Shown: positions 20,745-32,078, counted from the first letter of the stretch. The stretch: DNA of 64,000 nt from an uncultured Porphyromonadaceae bacterium (GCA_947178175.1 CAMWXI010000001.1:9628-73627), one strand, 5' to 3'. Notes: a model not told the origin generated them from the sequence alone. Numbers and translations: made by a program.

Positions 20745-21832
20745 TACTTAACAATGCCCTTTTCGAGATATTCCTCAAGATTCAGACGCACGGCATCTGA
20801 AGCTCTTTCCACTGCCACTTTTGCCATGTCTGAGTCAACCATCTTCTTCACCAGCTCATGGAATGAAGTCTTTGTGGGATTCCAACCGAGTTTTGCCCTT
20901 GCCTTTGTCGGGTCGCCCCATAGATTCACGACATCCGTTGGTCTATAAAAATCTTCCGACACTTCAATCAGCACCTTTCCGGAAGCGGCGTCTATACCTT
21001 TTTCATTGACCCCTTCTCCTTCCCAGCGCAGACTGATACCTACACATTTGAAAGCCTCTTCAGCAAATTCACGCACTGTGTGTTGCTGTCCTGTGGCTAT
21101 GACATAATCTTCCGGTTTCTCCTGCTGGAGGATTAGCCACATACACTCCACATAGTCGGGGGCATAACCCCAGTCGCGCAAGCTTGAAAGATTACCGAGA
21201 TAGAGTTTATCCTGTTTCCCCTGTGCAATGCGGGCAGCGGCAAGAGTGATTTTGCGTGTTACAAATGTTTCACCGCGACGTTCCGACTCATGATTGAAAA
21301 GGATTCCCGAGCAGCAATACATTCCGTAGGCTTCACGATATTCCTTAACAATCCAGAATCCATATAACTTGGCGACAGCATAAGGGCTATAAGGATGGAA
21401 GGGAGTATTCTCATTCTGAGGCACTTCCTCAACCTTTCCATAAAGCTCGGACGTAGAAGCCTGATATATACGGCATGTATTGGCCAAGCCGCAATTTCTT
21501 ACGGCCTCCAGAATTCTGAGAACGCCGGTGGCATCAACATTGGCAGTATATTCCGGCACATCGAAACTCACCTGAACATGGCTCTGAGCTGCCAGATTAT
21601 ATATTTCGTCCGGACGCACAAGTCCTATAGTCTTCACTAAAGACATTGAGTCGGCCATGTCGGCATAATGAAGATGGAAATGCGGGTGTCCTTCAAGATG
21701 AGCTATTCTTTCACGATAATCCGTGCTGCTTCTGCGGATTGTGCCATGCACGTCATAACCCTTTTCAAGCAGAAATTCCGCCAGGTAGGAGCCATCCTGT
21801 CCGGTGACACCTGTGATTAAAGCTGTCTTCAT
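20744..21832 (-). CDS. gmd: GDP-mannose 4,6-dehydratase
   Basis: [53 protein letters not shown]. Confidence 0.98.
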   Translation of the reverse strand: MKTALITGVTGQDGSYLAEFLLEKGYDVHGTIRRSSTDYRERIAHLEGHPHFHLHYADMADSMSLVKTIGLVRPDEIYNLAAQSHVQVSFDVPEYTANVDATGVLRILEAVRNCGLANTCRIYQASTSELYGKVEEVPQNENTPFHPYSPYAVAKLYGFWIVKEYREAYGMYCCSGILFNHESERRGETFVTRKITLAAARIAQGKQDKLYLGNLSSLRDWGYAPDYVECMWLILQQEKPEDYVIATGQQHTVREFAEEAFKCVGISLRWEGEGVNEKGIDAASGKVLIEVSEDFYRPTDVVNLWGDPTKARAKLGWNPTKTSFHELVKKMVDSDMAKVAVERASDAVRLNLEEYLEKGIVK

Positions 21833-22902
21833 ATATTAAAATATTCTTTTTTATACCATTGAGCAAATCTGGCAACTCCCTCCGGCATTGATATCCGGGG
21901 CTCATAGCCAAATAAGTCCTGCAACCTTGTTGTGTCGGCGTATGTCACCGTTATGTCTCCCGGCTGCATAGGGAGATATTCTTTTTCCCCTTTACTGCCC
22001 AGATTCTGTTCAAGAAAACGAATGAAATCCTCAAGTTTCTCCGGGTGGCCGCAACCGATGTTGAATATTCGTGACTCGTCAGGCATCGGGGCATGCACCA
22101 ATTTTAATATTCCGTCTATTATATCGCTGATATACGTGAAATCACGCATCATGTCTCCATTATTGAAAACCTTGATTTTTTCCCCGTTCATTATGGCATC
22201 GGCAAAAAGCATCGGTGCCATGTCAGGTCGGCCATACTCCCCATAGACAGTAAAAAATCTTAATCCGGTGAGCGGGATGTGATATGCGGAATTATATACT
22301 TCAGCAAAGAGTTCGTTACACTTTTTGGTAGCTGCATATACCGACTTTGGCTCTTCAACCCTGTCAGACTCTGAGAAGGGGATGTTATGATTCTCACCGT
22401 AGACCGAACTTGAAGATGCATAAATTATTCCTTCAACAGGATGTCTTCTTGCACATTCCAGGATATTCAGGAAACCTGAGATATTCGTATGAACGTAAGG
22501 TAGCGGATTCTCCATTGAATAACGCATTCCGGCCATTGCCGCCAGATTCACCACTTTCTGCGGTCCGAACTCTCTGAAAAGCGTCTCCATAGCAGAAGAA
22601 TCGGATATGTCAGCCCTCACGAACTTCACCCCCGGATATATCGTTGAGGTGAATTCCTTCATACACGGAGGGGAAAGATATTCCACCTCCCGACAAACGA
22701 TTCCGGACTGAGGCACAATCTTTTCTGTCACACACCCTTCAAAGTCGAATCCTAATAATTCCAGACGTTTCAGCTTAAGCCGTGGATCATAGTAGTTGTT
22801 AAGATTGTCTATTGCGAGAACCTCAGCATCCCGCTCTGCTGCAAGACGCCCTATAAGATGGCTCCCTATGAATCCGGCAGCGCCGGTGACAAGATATCTC
22901 AT
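21829..22902 (-). CDS. UDP-glucuronate 4-epimerase-like extended SDR
   Basis: [45 protein letters not shown]. Confidence 0.85.
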   Translation of the reverse strand: MRYLVTGAAGFIGSHLIGRLAAERDAEVLAIDNLNNYYDPRLKLKRLELLGFDFEGCVTEKIVPQSGIVCREVEYLSPPCMKEFTSTIYPGVKFVRADISDSSAMETLFREFGPQKVVNLAAMAGMRYSMENPLPYVHTNISGFLNILECARRHPVEGIIYASSSSVYGENHNIPFSESDRVEEPKSVYAATKKCNELFAEVYNSAYHIPLTGLRFFTVYGEYGRPDMAPMLFADAIMNGEKIKVFNNGDMMRDFTYISDIIDGILKLVHAPMPDESRIFNIGCGHPEKLEDFIRFLEQNLGSKGEKEYLPMQPGDITVTYADTTRLQDLFGYEPRISMPEGVARFAQWYKKEYFNI

Positions 22903-24104
22903 CTCCGCTTCTCTTCAATCATTTTGATGATAGTGTCGTGAATCAAATCAAGATTTGATTCTTTACTGAAATGTTGAAGTGCAAACTCTTTACCCTTCCT
23001 CCCCATCTCTTTGAGGTCTTCAATATACATCCGGGAATATTTTCTCATAAGCATGGCAAAAGCCTCCTCATCCTCCGCATCCACAACTTCGCCACCTCCG
23101 GAATTTTTAAGAATCATTTCAGAGTCTGAATTGCGGTCGACAGCACCAATCACCGGCTTGCCTGAATACATATAAGCCACCAATTTAGAGGGAGTGGCTG
23201 TCATTGCCACATTCTTTTTCAGTCCGAATATAAGCAGGGATGCTTTAGCCTGAATCAATGGAGTCGTGTCCGGCTGAATATCACAGAACTCTATTTCCGC
23301 ATGTGGATAATTCCCGGCAAGGCGAATGCACTCCTCCTTTTGAGAGCCGTTTCCGGCAATAATCAGTCGGCTTCCCGGCACATCGGCTCTTACAAAAGCC
23401 CGGATTAGCATCGGAACATTGGCCGACGGACTGACACTACCCACAAACATCATTGTAAAACGGGTGGGATATTCATTCTCTACATTCTCATAATGTGAGA
23501 AATCCTGCCAATTTCTGACCATCACCACTTTTTCCTCTTCCAGACCCCTCGACTTCATCAATTTTGATTTCATCTGCGGTGAAATAGCAATAACACGGTC
23601 GGAATGTCTGATATTTAATCTATCAAATGCAACAAGGAATGGTTTGGCAATTTTTCCCGGCAATCCCATCTTTCCGAGAAGCGATTCCGGATAAAGGTCC
23701 TGAATATGTGTCACGACCGGAATATGCTTTGCAGCAGCCTTATTCAGCAACATATACTGAGCCGCCGTAGGCCACGGATACGCATAAATCCCATCAATAT
23801 CTTCGCTGTGTGTATCAATATATCTCACCACCTCTTTCCCAAACTGGTAACTCTCACGGAGCCGTCCGGGAATAGTAGGAATGGGTGATGCATAGCTCTG
23901 CACCTCATGAATTTTAAAAGGTAAATCCTTATTGTCACGCTCCTTGAAGACGGTACCTAACGGACGTGTCGGTGGCGGACAAAGCACCGTCACATCGCAG
24001 TCTTCCGACAAACGGTAGGCTATTGCCTCACTCATCAAAGCGGCTACTATCGGTTCCGGCGGAAACGAGCATGTCACCATTAAGATTCTCTTTCTCTCTT
24101 TCAT
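22899..24104 (-). CDS. Glycosyltransferase family 4 (WbuB-like, candidate L-FucNAc transferase)
   Basis: FPPE, IQDLYPES, VRNW, PSKLVAYMYSGKPV; adjacent to fnlC and fnlB. Confidence 0.8.
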   Translation of the reverse strand: MKERKRILMVTCSFPPEPIVAALMSEAIAYRLSEDCDVTVLCPPPTRPLGTVFKERDNKDLPFKIHEVQSYASPIPTIPGRLRESYQFGKEVVRYIDTHSEDIDGIYAYPWPTAAQYMLLNKAAAKHIPVVTHIQDLYPESLLGKMGLPGKIAKPFLVAFDRLNIRHSDRVIAISPQMKSKLMKSRGLEEEKVVMVRNWQDFSHYENVENEYPTRFTMMFVGSVSPSANVPMLIRAFVRADVPGSRLIIAGNGSQKEECIRLAGNYPHAEIEFCDIQPDTTPLIQAKASLLIFGLKKNVAMTATPSKLVAYMYSGKPVIGAVDRNSDSEMILKNSGGGEVVDAEDEEAFAMLMRKYSRMYIEDLKEMGRKGKEFALQHFSKESNLDLIHDTIIKMIEEKRR

Positions 24105-24195
24105 TCTGTTGGAATATGGTTCTTGACAGAAGCGAATTTCACAACTCTCTCCTTTTTCCTCTCTTTCTTTAAGCCATTTATTACTGATTCAGCCA

Positions 24196-25353
24196 TCATT
24201 TTCTCCAGACCATCTTGTTGACAACCCCCGTATAGCTTTGAATAATTTTGACAACCTTAGTCGAAACATTCTCATCAACATAATCCGGCACCGGAACACC
24301 GGCAAAACCTCGTTTGTTAAGTTCCACAGCCACTTCCACCGCTTGCAACAAAGAAACCTTATCAATTCCCGCAAGGATAAAATCGCCCTTATCAAGTGCC
24401 TCCGGGCGTTCGGTGGAGGTACGTATGCAGACAGCCGGGAAGGGATGCCCTATCGAAGTGAAGAAACTGCTTTCCTCTGGAAGGGTCCCGCTGTCGCTGA
24501 CAACTGCAAAGGCATTCATCTGAAGGGAATTGTAGTCATGAAAACCGAGAGGTTCATGACAAATCACCCGTGAGTCCAATTCAAATCCCGAGATCTCCAG
24601 ACGTTTCCGACTGCGTGGATGGCAACTATAAAGCACCGGCATATCATATTTCCTTGCCATTTCGTTGATGGCGGTGAAAAGTGAAATAAAATTCTTCTCA
24701 GTGTCAACATTTTCCTCACGATGTGCCGACAAAAGAATATATTTCCCCTTCTTCAATCCGAGACGTTCATGAATATCACTCTCCTCAATCTCCTTAAGGT
24801 TATTATGGAGCACCTCCGCCATCGGAGAGCCTACGACGTATGTGCGTTCTCTGGCCACTCCGGAAGCATTAAGATAACGGCGGGCATGCTCCGAATAGCA
24901 CATATTGACATCCGAAATTATATCTACAATCCGTCGGTTGGTCTCTTCCGGTAGACACTCGTCGAAACATCTGTTGCCGGCCTCCATATGGAAAATCGGG
25001 ATATGAAGCCTCTTCGCTCCAATGACACTCAAGCATGAATTAGTATCTCCCAACACCAGAACCGCATCAGGCAGATGCTCCACCATAAGCTGATAAGACC
25101 GGGCAATAATGTTCCCCATCGTCTCCCCAAGGTCGTTACCGACTGCATCAAGATAAACCTCAGGGTCTTTCAGCCTCAAGTCCCGGAAAAAGATTCCGTT
25201 AAGATTATAGTCGTAATTCTGACCCGTATGCACCAGCAACGTATCAAAAAAATCCCTGCATTTATTTATTACAGCAGCAAGACGGATAATTTCAGGACGT
25301 GTCCCAACAATTATCATCAGTTTCAGACGTCCGTCGTTTCTAAAAGTAGCCAT
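24196..25353 (-). CDS. fnlC: Non-hydrolysing UDP-HexNAc 2-epimerase (FnlC/CapG type)
   Basis: IVGTRPEIIRL, HTGQNYD, LGDTNS, HMEAGNRCFD..LPEETNR, SDSGTLPEE; directly after capF/fnlB. Confidence 0.88.
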   Translation of the reverse strand: MATFRNDGRLKLMIIVGTRPEIIRLAAVINKCRDFFDTLLVHTGQNYDYNLNGIFFRDLRLKDPEVYLDAVGNDLGETMGNIIARSYQLMVEHLPDAVLVLGDTNSCLSVIGAKRLHIPIFHMEAGNRCFDECLPEETNRRIVDIISDVNMCYSEHARRYLNASGVARERTYVVGSPMAEVLHNNLKEIEESDIHERLGLKKGKYILLSAHREENVDTEKNFISLFTAINEMARKYDMPVLYSCHPRSRKRLEISGFELDSRVICHEPLGFHDYNSLQMNAFAVVSDSGTLPEESSFFTSIGHPFPAVCIRTSTERPEALDKGDFILAGIDKVSLLQAVEVAVELNKRGFAGVPVPDYVDENVSTKVVKIIQSYTGVVNKMVWRK

Positions 25354-25356
25354 TTT

Positions 25357-26544
25357 CTATCGTTTTACGGGGTCAAAGTATGTATCCGGACGATTGGAAT
25401 CGAAATTCTCATTTGCCCACATTAAAGTCACCATCGGCTCAGTTTCGGAAAGATTGATGATATTATGAGTATATCCGGGAAGCATGTGGACAGCTTCGAT
25501 TTTTTCTCCACTGACGTGATATTCTCTTATCTCGCCCTGAGGATCAGCCTCACAACGCATCTGAATCAATCCCTTACCGCTGACCACAATGAAGAATTCC
25601 CATTTACTGTCGTGCCAATGTTCTCCTTTGGTTATTCCCGGAAGAGACACGTTGACACTGAATTGGCCGCAATCCGCAGTCTTGAGAAGCTCTGTAAAAC
25701 TTCCTCTTGCGTCTACGTTCATTTTCAAGGGAAATTTTACTTTATCTTCCGGAAGATAACTGAGATAGGTGGAATATAATTTTTTTGCGAAGGAACCATC
25801 CGGAATAGACGGGAGCATCAGAGTCTCGGGTTGCACGGAAAAAAGATGAAGTAGTCTTACAATCTCACCCAGAGTAGCGTTATGCACCACCGGGACTGCA
25901 CAGAATTCCTCTTCAGGATTCACACCCTCCGGACCGGTCATCTTGTGCTCTTTCCCCATGAGTGCCTGCACCATCTCCTCTACCATATCGTCAATGTAGA
26001 CAAGATTAAGTTCTGTTGCTTCATTATTGACAGTGATAGGAAAACCGTTGGCAATATTATTGCAGAAAGTGGCTACTGCCGAATTATAATTAGGGCGACA
26101 CCATTTCCCGAACAGATTGGGGAAACGATATATCAATACTTTAGCACCGGTCTCGCGCGAATAATTGCGCAGCAAGTGTTCTCCGGCACGCTTGCTTTCT
26201 CCGTAGGGATTGTCAAGAGCCGCCTGTGTGGAGGAAGAAATCATCACAGGACATGTATTGCCACACTCCTTAAGGGTATCAAGAAGTTCGGAGGCAAATC
26301 CGAAATTTCCCTCCATAAATTCCTTAGGATCTTTCGGACGATTGACTCCGGCAAGATTGAAAACAAAATCTGCACGACTGCAATATTCCCGCAGAAGCTC
26401 CTTTGGTGTGTCTACATCAAACTCCATCACCTCCTCTATCTCCAGTCCGGGATAGATTCGGCATTTCCCATCTCTTATATTTTTAAGACGCGCACATAGA
26501 TTTTTTCCGGCAAACCCTTTTGCTCCTGTCACTAAAACTTTCAT
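25357..26544 (-). CDS. fnlB: CapF/FnlB (WbjC) reductase-cupin for UDP-L-FucNAc synthesis
   Basis: TGAKGFAG, NLAGVNRP, YGESK, FGKWCRPNYNSAVATFC and C-terminal cupin KGEHWH. ATG at 26544 preferred. Confidence 0.92.
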   Translation of the reverse strand: MKVLVTGAKGFAGKNLCARLKNIRDGKCRIYPGLEIEEVMEFDVDTPKELLREYCSRADFVFNLAGVNRPKDPKEFMEGNFGFASELLDTLKECGNTCPVMISSSTQAALDNPYGESKRAGEHLLRNYSRETGAKVLIYRFPNLFGKWCRPNYNSAVATFCNNIANGFPITVNNEATELNLVYIDDMVEEMVQALMGKEHKMTGPEGVNPEEEFCAVPVVHNATLGEIVRLLHLFSVQPETLMLPSIPDGSFAKKLYSTYLSYLPEDKVKFPLKMNVDARGSFTELLKTADCGQFSVNVSLPGITKGEHWHDSKWEFFIVVSGKGLIQMRCEADPQGEIREYHVSGEKIEAVHMLPGYTHNIINLSETEPMVTLMWANENFDSNRPDTYFDPVKR

Positions 26545-26579
26545 AATCCTATTCCAACGTAACGAAATATCCCTCCCAT

Positions 26580-27809
26580 TCAACAAACCCCTGTCAACTG
26601 AAGAATCTCTTTCCCCCGCTCAATCTTATTTTTCTTCCCGGCTACAAATTGTGCTGCCTTCAGACCCTTCTCCCTCATCTCTTCCGGGGGGAGAGCCAGC
26701 AATTCATCCAACATCCGTGCTATACCTCGGGGAGTCTCTTCATCAAGGATATAAACATAATCATGATATTCGTCCGGCATTCCGGGAAGGTTGGTAGTCA
26801 ACACAGGGGTGCCGGTAGACATATATTCCATATTCTTGGAAGGGAAAGAATACTTCACAAATTCAGCATCAGTAGGCCGGGGATTGACGAGCAGCCAACC
26901 CTTTTTCTCATTCTCCACTATCTGACCGTTAGGGAGCTGACCCATATATCTTATCCGGGAATCCTTTTCTGATATTCCCTTAATCTCCTCTACCATTGGA
27001 CCTGCTCCATAAAGATGAAGGCGAATATCAGGATGTGACACTTTGCGGAAGCCGTCAATCAATATGCCGATTCCATACTCCCTGAAAAGACCACCGGCGT
27101 ATATCACTATTTTTTCAGGCCCCGTGCGTCTGTTATCATCGGTCTCATCCTTTCTTTTTTCCTCCAACGATGTTATGGCTAACTCCCCGTCTACAACCCC
27201 TTCCATAACTATATATGGGCGATTGTGACGGTTGACGGGACCATTCATGCTCTCTGTAAGAAAGACGTAACCTGAATATTTAGACATCAGGAATCTCATC
27301 CCCATCTCGGAAAGTCTGGATTTCAATCCTGATGTTCCCACCATGAGGCCCGGCATATCTGTAAGGATCCCTATGGTTCTGATTCGGCAAAGACGTGCTG
27401 CCAATAAAGCTCCTGAAGTAATGCCGGTGTTGAGAATATCGCAGATTATACTCTTATTCCTTTTTTCCCCGGGGCCGAATGAGAACGACAGGACTCTGAA
27501 GAAAGTCAGAATCGATATTAAGAACTGACGGAAAACCGGAAAGTCTATAATAGGGAGATGAATATATCTTACCCCTCCATGTTCGGAATTTTTAAAATTT
27601 TCACATCTTTTCAATGAACCCGGCACAACCGGGGGAGAAGACAATGCAGTCACCTCTGCATGATTGGCAGCTAACCCTTCAGCCAAGAGCCTGTTAAACT
27701 TCTGCATGGCAAAACCGGGATTTACCCCGCTCCTCCTGAAAATATCCTCCTGTACTTCCGGAGCGGCTAACGCAGATATATATAATATTTTTTGCTTCTC
27801 TTCCTGCAT
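26580..27809 (-). CDS. Glycosyltransferase family 4
   Basis: IYAGGL..YG, LLVNPRP, KYSFPSKNMEYMSTGTPV. Confidence 0.87.
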   Translation of the reverse strand: MQEEKQKILYISALAAPEVQEDIFRRSGVNPGFAMQKFNRLLAEGLAANHAEVTALSSPPVVPGSLKRCENFKNSEHGGVRYIHLPIIDFPVFRQFLISILTFFRVLSFSFGPGEKRNKSIICDILNTGITSGALLAARLCRIRTIGILTDMPGLMVGTSGLKSRLSEMGMRFLMSKYSGYVFLTESMNGPVNRHNRPYIVMEGVVDGELAITSLEEKRKDETDDNRRTGPEKIVIYAGGLFREYGIGILIDGFRKVSHPDIRLHLYGAGPMVEEIKGISEKDSRIRYMGQLPNGQIVENEKKGWLLVNPRPTDAEFVKYSFPSKNMEYMSTGTPVLTTNLPGMPDEYHDYVYILDEETPRGIARMLDELLALPPEEMREKGLKAAQFVAGKKNKIERGKEILQLTGVC

Positions 27810-27915
27810 AATCAGGTTTACCCGGAGGTTTTCACTTCCCTAAGACTCTGATTTAACTCAAAAAAATTCGCCTTTCCATATCCTGACGTTCAACCCCTCT
27901 TTGTCATATCCTCTC

Positions 27916-28995
27916 TTATTCAAGTAAGGTGTGATAATAGAAGAATCTCTTAACGTATACTTCAGACGTGAAGAAAATATATATAGCTGAGGCGATGTAA
28001 GCCATAAATACGATAGTCAATACTAATGCAAACGCATCCTTCTTAGCTCTCTTAAACAACGGGAGAAATCCCAAAATACCTGCCTGCTGATAGTAAATAA
28101 GGATTCGGGCTGCCATACCGATTGTACCCGTAATTGGAGTAAAGGCATAACCTAAAAGCATACAGAGGATAAAATATCTGAATTTTGTAGATCGAAATTT
28201 CAACAGATACCCGATATATATAGACATTATAAGCTGGAAGATAAAGCCGAGACCGGAACGCATCTCCACGACCATATTCGATTCCTTCATATAATATTCA
28301 TACTTACCATATTGTTTATAAGTACTGAGAAGCTCTACAACATCTACAATGGGTTGAGGGAAGAACTGACAGATAAACAATATCACGACATACACCAACA
28401 GAACCCATTTATAATTTACCTTGACACAATAAATCAGCGGGAATAGCAAGAAAGCGGCGAACGCTGATTTATGAAACAGCAACCCGACAGATACCAAAAC
28501 GGCCGCTTTGATAAATTTCTTGTCCACCACGAAGGGTAATGCCAGCATCATAAAACTCATGGCAACACTCTGACGCATCATACTTAGCTGTGTCACCATA
28601 AATCCTGGCATAAACATATATAGCGCCAAAGCCTGCCATTGATACTTGCGAGGCACCATCTTCATGATGAACCATCCAATCACTCCAAACTGAAAGAAGG
28701 TCAGAAACATGACCATCGCCTCAAATCCCAGGGGCTTAAACAGCTTGTTAAGATATATCCATCCAATCTCTATGTCACCTAAATAACTGTTGAATATATA
28801 TCTGTCTGAACGGGAATTTACCTCTTCAAAAACATGGCTATATGCCGCATAATCGTTACCAAAGTGATCTCTGATACCGAAAAAAAGTGAAAGGAGCACA
28901 ATTACACCGGGCAGAAGGTTCTGCTTGGTTTTCGCCTGATTACTGGAAATAAGTATTAAGACTGCTATAAGGCTTACCAATACTATGGTATACAT
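27916..28995 (-). CDS. EpsG-family polysaccharide polymerase (Wzy-like) #2
   Basis: Multi-TM; GIRDHFGNDYAAY, EIGW, MRQSVA, FHKSA. Confidence 0.87.
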   Translation of the reverse strand: MYTIVLVSLIAVLILISSNQAKTKQNLLPGVIVLLSLFFGIRDHFGNDYAAYSHVFEEVNSRSDRYIFNSYLGDIEIGWIYLNKLFKPLGFEAMVMFLTFFQFGVIGWFIMKMVPRKYQWQALALYMFMPGFMVTQLSMMRQSVAMSFMMLALPFVVDKKFIKAAVLVSVGLLFHKSAFAAFLLFPLIYCVKVNYKWVLLVYVVILFICQFFPQPIVDVVELLSTYKQYGKYEYYMKESNMVVEMRSGLGFIFQLIMSIYIGYLLKFRSTKFRYFILCMLLGYAFTPITGTIGMAARILIYYQQAGILGFLPLFKRAKKDAFALVLTIVFMAYIASAIYIFFTSEVYVKRFFYYHTLLE

Positions 28996-30227
28996 TATTC
29001 TTCCTTTCTTTCTGAAATTACTCTATAAGCTTCAAGCAACTGATTCAGATTTTCATCTGCATCATACATCTCCTTCTTTATTACAGGACTGGCAATCTTA
29101 TCCTTATCTTGAAAGAGCCTGATAATTTTCCACGCTAATTCCGTCTCTTCCTCAAATCGATATAATGACTCCGGATAATCTTTAAGCATATCCGGTGCAC
29201 CTCCGCAATAACTGCTCAATACCGGAGTCCCAACCATCATTGCCTCACCAAGACTGTTTGGACTGTTTTCGATTGAAGAGGCGCTGATAAACAGGTTTGC
29301 CTTCATATATTCCTTCAGCATCTCCTCCTCGCTAAGAATCCCCAGAAACTTTATTGACCCCTCTAATCCTGTTTCCCGTATTAACTCCCTTATAAATCTC
29401 GCATATCCTCCACAAAGAATAAAACTTCTCTTATCCGGAAAATATCCGGCTACTCTCAACTGCACACCGGGATATTCCCTTTTTACAATTTGTAGTGCCT
29501 GTATAACCTTATGAAGCCCCTTATACGGGAATTCCCCCTGAGACATAAATACTGTGTGCGGAGTGCATCCATTGAAACTCCACTTTTCTCCCTTCCTGAA
29601 ACTCTCTCTAAGGATTTCTCCTACCTTAAAATAGACAGAATTAGGACTGAGTTCGCGGGTATGGGCATAGTCCCACGAAGTTCTCCCCCCTACATATTTA
29701 ATACCCCTCAGCAATTCCTTCTCATCCTTACCCCGAAGATAAAATTTCTTTTGCTGTGCCTTCATTCCGTCTGCCCGAATTATATCCCGGAATGTTTGCT
29801 TGACATCACATCCTTCCAGGCCTCCCGTGAAATACTTTGCTATTTCTGATATCAAGCCTTGAATTGACACAAAAACTCCGCGATAGCCATTGCTTTTCAC
29901 CCAGTTCAATCCATGACGAAATTCCGAACCGTGAATGTGGACTACGTCAGGAGAAAAAGTCTGATTGATTTGTCTCATCCACTCTTTGACTTTTTCTCCC
30001 TTTCCATTTAATTCCTTAAATGGAAAGATGTAGAAATGTCCTCCCTCTATATTCAGTTCAGTTAATTCCTTAACCGGACCGGGACATATCACAGCAAGTT
30101 CAACGTCCTTACATCCTTTTAATTTTGCATACATGGAGTCTATCCAGCCACCCTGAAAGCTTTTCCCCATATGGAAATAGCTTTTCACCGGATTCAACTC
30201 CAATATACTGATCCAAAGGACTTTCAT
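28995..30227 (-). CDS. Glycosyltransferase family 4
   Basis: KVLWI, GGWI, PDVVHIHGSE, VSIQG, PYKGLH, SSIENSPNSLGEAM. Confidence 0.9.
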   Translation of the reverse strand: MKVLWISILELNPVKSYFHMGKSFQGGWIDSMYAKLKGCKDVELAVICPGPVKELTELNIEGGHFYIFPFKELNGKGEKVKEWMRQINQTFSPDVVHIHGSEFRHGLNWVKSNGYRGVFVSIQGLISEIAKYFTGGLEGCDVKQTFRDIIRADGMKAQQKKFYLRGKDEKELLRGIKYVGGRTSWDYAHTRELSPNSVYFKVGEILRESFRKGEKWSFNGCTPHTVFMSQGEFPYKGLHKVIQALQIVKREYPGVQLRVAGYFPDKRSFILCGGYARFIRELIRETGLEGSIKFLGILSEEEMLKEYMKANLFISASSIENSPNSLGEAMMVGTPVLSSYCGGAPDMLKDYPESLYRFEEETELAWKIIRLFQDKDKIASPVIKKEMYDADENLNQLLEAYRVISERKEE

Positions 30228-31315
30228 CAGGAATAAAACTCTTCGTAATATTTTTGATAATCTCCGGAAGTGACTCTATTCATCCATTCCTCGTTATCAA
30301 GATACCATCTTACTGTCCTCTCTATCCCTTCCTCAAACTGAAGTGAGGGTTCCCACCCTAACTCATCATGGAGCTTTGTAGAGTCTATGGCATAGCGCAA
30401 ATCGTGACCTTTCCTGTCTGTCACATATTTGATTAAACTCAAACTTTTACCTTCCGGATTTCCGAGAAGACGATCTACTGTCTTTATGATAACCTTTATC
30501 AAATCAATGTTTTTCCACTCATTGAATCCACCGATGTTATAAGTATCCCCGGGACGTCCTTTATGGAAAATCAAATCAATTGCTCCGGCATGATCCTCCA
30601 CATATAACCAGTCTCTTACATTCTCTCCCTTTCCATAAACCGGAAGTTCCTTGCCCTGCCTGATATTATTGATGAAAAGAGGGATAAGCTTTTCCGGAAA
30701 CTGAAAAGGGCCGTAATTATTAGAGCAGTTAGTGACCAATGTCGGCATCCCGTAAGTGTCATGATAAGATCTGACAAAATGGTCGCTGGAGGCCTTTGAC
30801 GCGGAATAGGGTGAATGTGGCTGATAAGCGCGAGTCTCTACAAAGAATTCATCTCCGTATGGTGGCTCACCTTCCGGTTTTGTAAGCTCCAGGGCACCAT
30901 ACACCTCATCTGTTGAAATATGATAGAACAACTTGCCATCAAACCCTTCCGGCAATGACTCCCAGTATTCCCTGGCAGCCTGGAGCATAGAGAGGGTACC
31001 CATTACATTTGTCTGTGCAAAAACAAACGGGTCACGGATTGAACGGTCAACATGGCTTTCAGCCGCAAGATGAATCACCCCGGTGATTTCATATTTTCTC
31101 ATCACCTCCCTCATATCATCAAGATTGCAGATATCAGCGCGAAGAAAAGTATAATTCTTCGCATCTTCTATATCCTTAAGATTTTCAAGGTTGCCGGCAT
31201 AAGTCAGCTTGTCAACATTTACTATGTGATATTCAGGATATTTCCTGACAAAGCGTCTGACAACATGAGACCCAATGAATCCGGCCCCACCGGTGATAAG
31301 AATATTCTGTTTCAT
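30227..31315 (-). CDS. rfbB: dTDP-glucose 4,6-dehydratase
   Basis: ITGGAGFIGS, DKLTYAGN, HLAAESHVDRSI, ISTDEVYG, YSASK, NCSNNYGP, GHDLRYAID. Confidence 0.97.
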   Translation of the reverse strand: MKQNILITGGAGFIGSHVVRRFVRKYPEYHIVNVDKLTYAGNLENLKDIEDAKNYTFLRADICNLDDMREVMRKYEITGVIHLAAESHVDRSIRDPFVFAQTNVMGTLSMLQAAREYWESLPEGFDGKLFYHISTDEVYGALELTKPEGEPPYGDEFFVETRAYQPHSPYSASKASSDHFVRSYHDTYGMPTLVTNCSNNYGPFQFPEKLIPLFINNIRQGKELPVYGKGENVRDWLYVEDHAGAIDLIFHKGRPGDTYNIGGFNEWKNIDLIKVIIKTVDRLLGNPEGKSLSLIKYVTDRKGHDLRYAIDSTKLHDELGWEPSLQFEEGIERTVRWYLDNEEWMNRVTSGDYQKYYEEFYS

Positions 31316-32055
31316 TTTGAGGAAGTGGTGTATATATTTCCGGAACGAGCCACATTCAGGAGTGATTCGAGAGTAGCGCTCTTCTTAGGCGCGACTGTCA
31401 TCATATTCTTAAAAGTGTCAAGACGGTGAATGTCGGAACCGATAAGGTCTATAAGACCTTCTTTAAGCAACCATTCACTTTTGCGACGAGCAGTCTCACC
31501 ATAGCTCCCTACGGCTGAAAGATAATCAAGTTGAAACTTTACCCCCCTTTCATGAAGACGACGATAGTCCGTCTCGCTCATATAGCGGTATCTTTCCGGA
31601 TGGGCAAGCATGGGATAATAGCCGGCATGCAACACATTGTCCAGCAAATCCTCCATATTGATCGGAGGACTGAAATAGGAAGTCTCTACCAGCAATAGAT
31701 TACCCTCTTTACCCAAAGTCAGGAAATCGCGTGTCTCCAGACGCTCCTCAAAAAGAGTGTCAAGCATATTTTCGGAGGCAAGATTCAATTTGACCTTTCC
31801 ATTCCATGCAAGATTTAACTCCTCAAAGCGCAGTAGAAGATCGGCTGTGGTGTTGGGATAGTCCTCCATGATATGAGGAGTCAGCCAGACCTCCTTAATC
31901 CCTGACTGCTCATAATGCCGGAGTACTTCGAGAGAATCCTCAAGAGTGCGGAGACCGTCGTCTACTCCCGGCAATATGTGTGAGTGCCAGTCTACCAAGC
32001 CATTGGTCAGACCGGACTCTTCAAGTGTATTAACCTTGCGTTTAAAAGGCCACAT
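31312..32055 (-). CDS. CpsB/CapC PHP-family tyrosine-protein phosphatase
   Basis: DWHSHILPGVDDG, TPH, LAHPERY, GSDIH; next to wzc. Confidence 0.92.
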   Translation of the reverse strand: MWPFKRKVNTLEESGLTNGLVDWHSHILPGVDDGLRTLEDSLEVLRHYEQSGIKEVWLTPHIMEDYPNTTADLLLRFEELNLAWNGKVKLNLASENMLDTLFEERLETRDFLTLGKEGNLLLVETSYFSPPINMEDLLDNVLHAGYYPMLAHPERYRYMSETDYRRLHERGVKFQLDYLSAVGSYGETARRKSEWLLKEGLIDLIGSDIHRLDTFKNMMTVAPKKSATLESLLNVARSGNIYTTSSK

Positions 32056-32078
32056 CTTTCCTAATTTTAAATCAAAAA

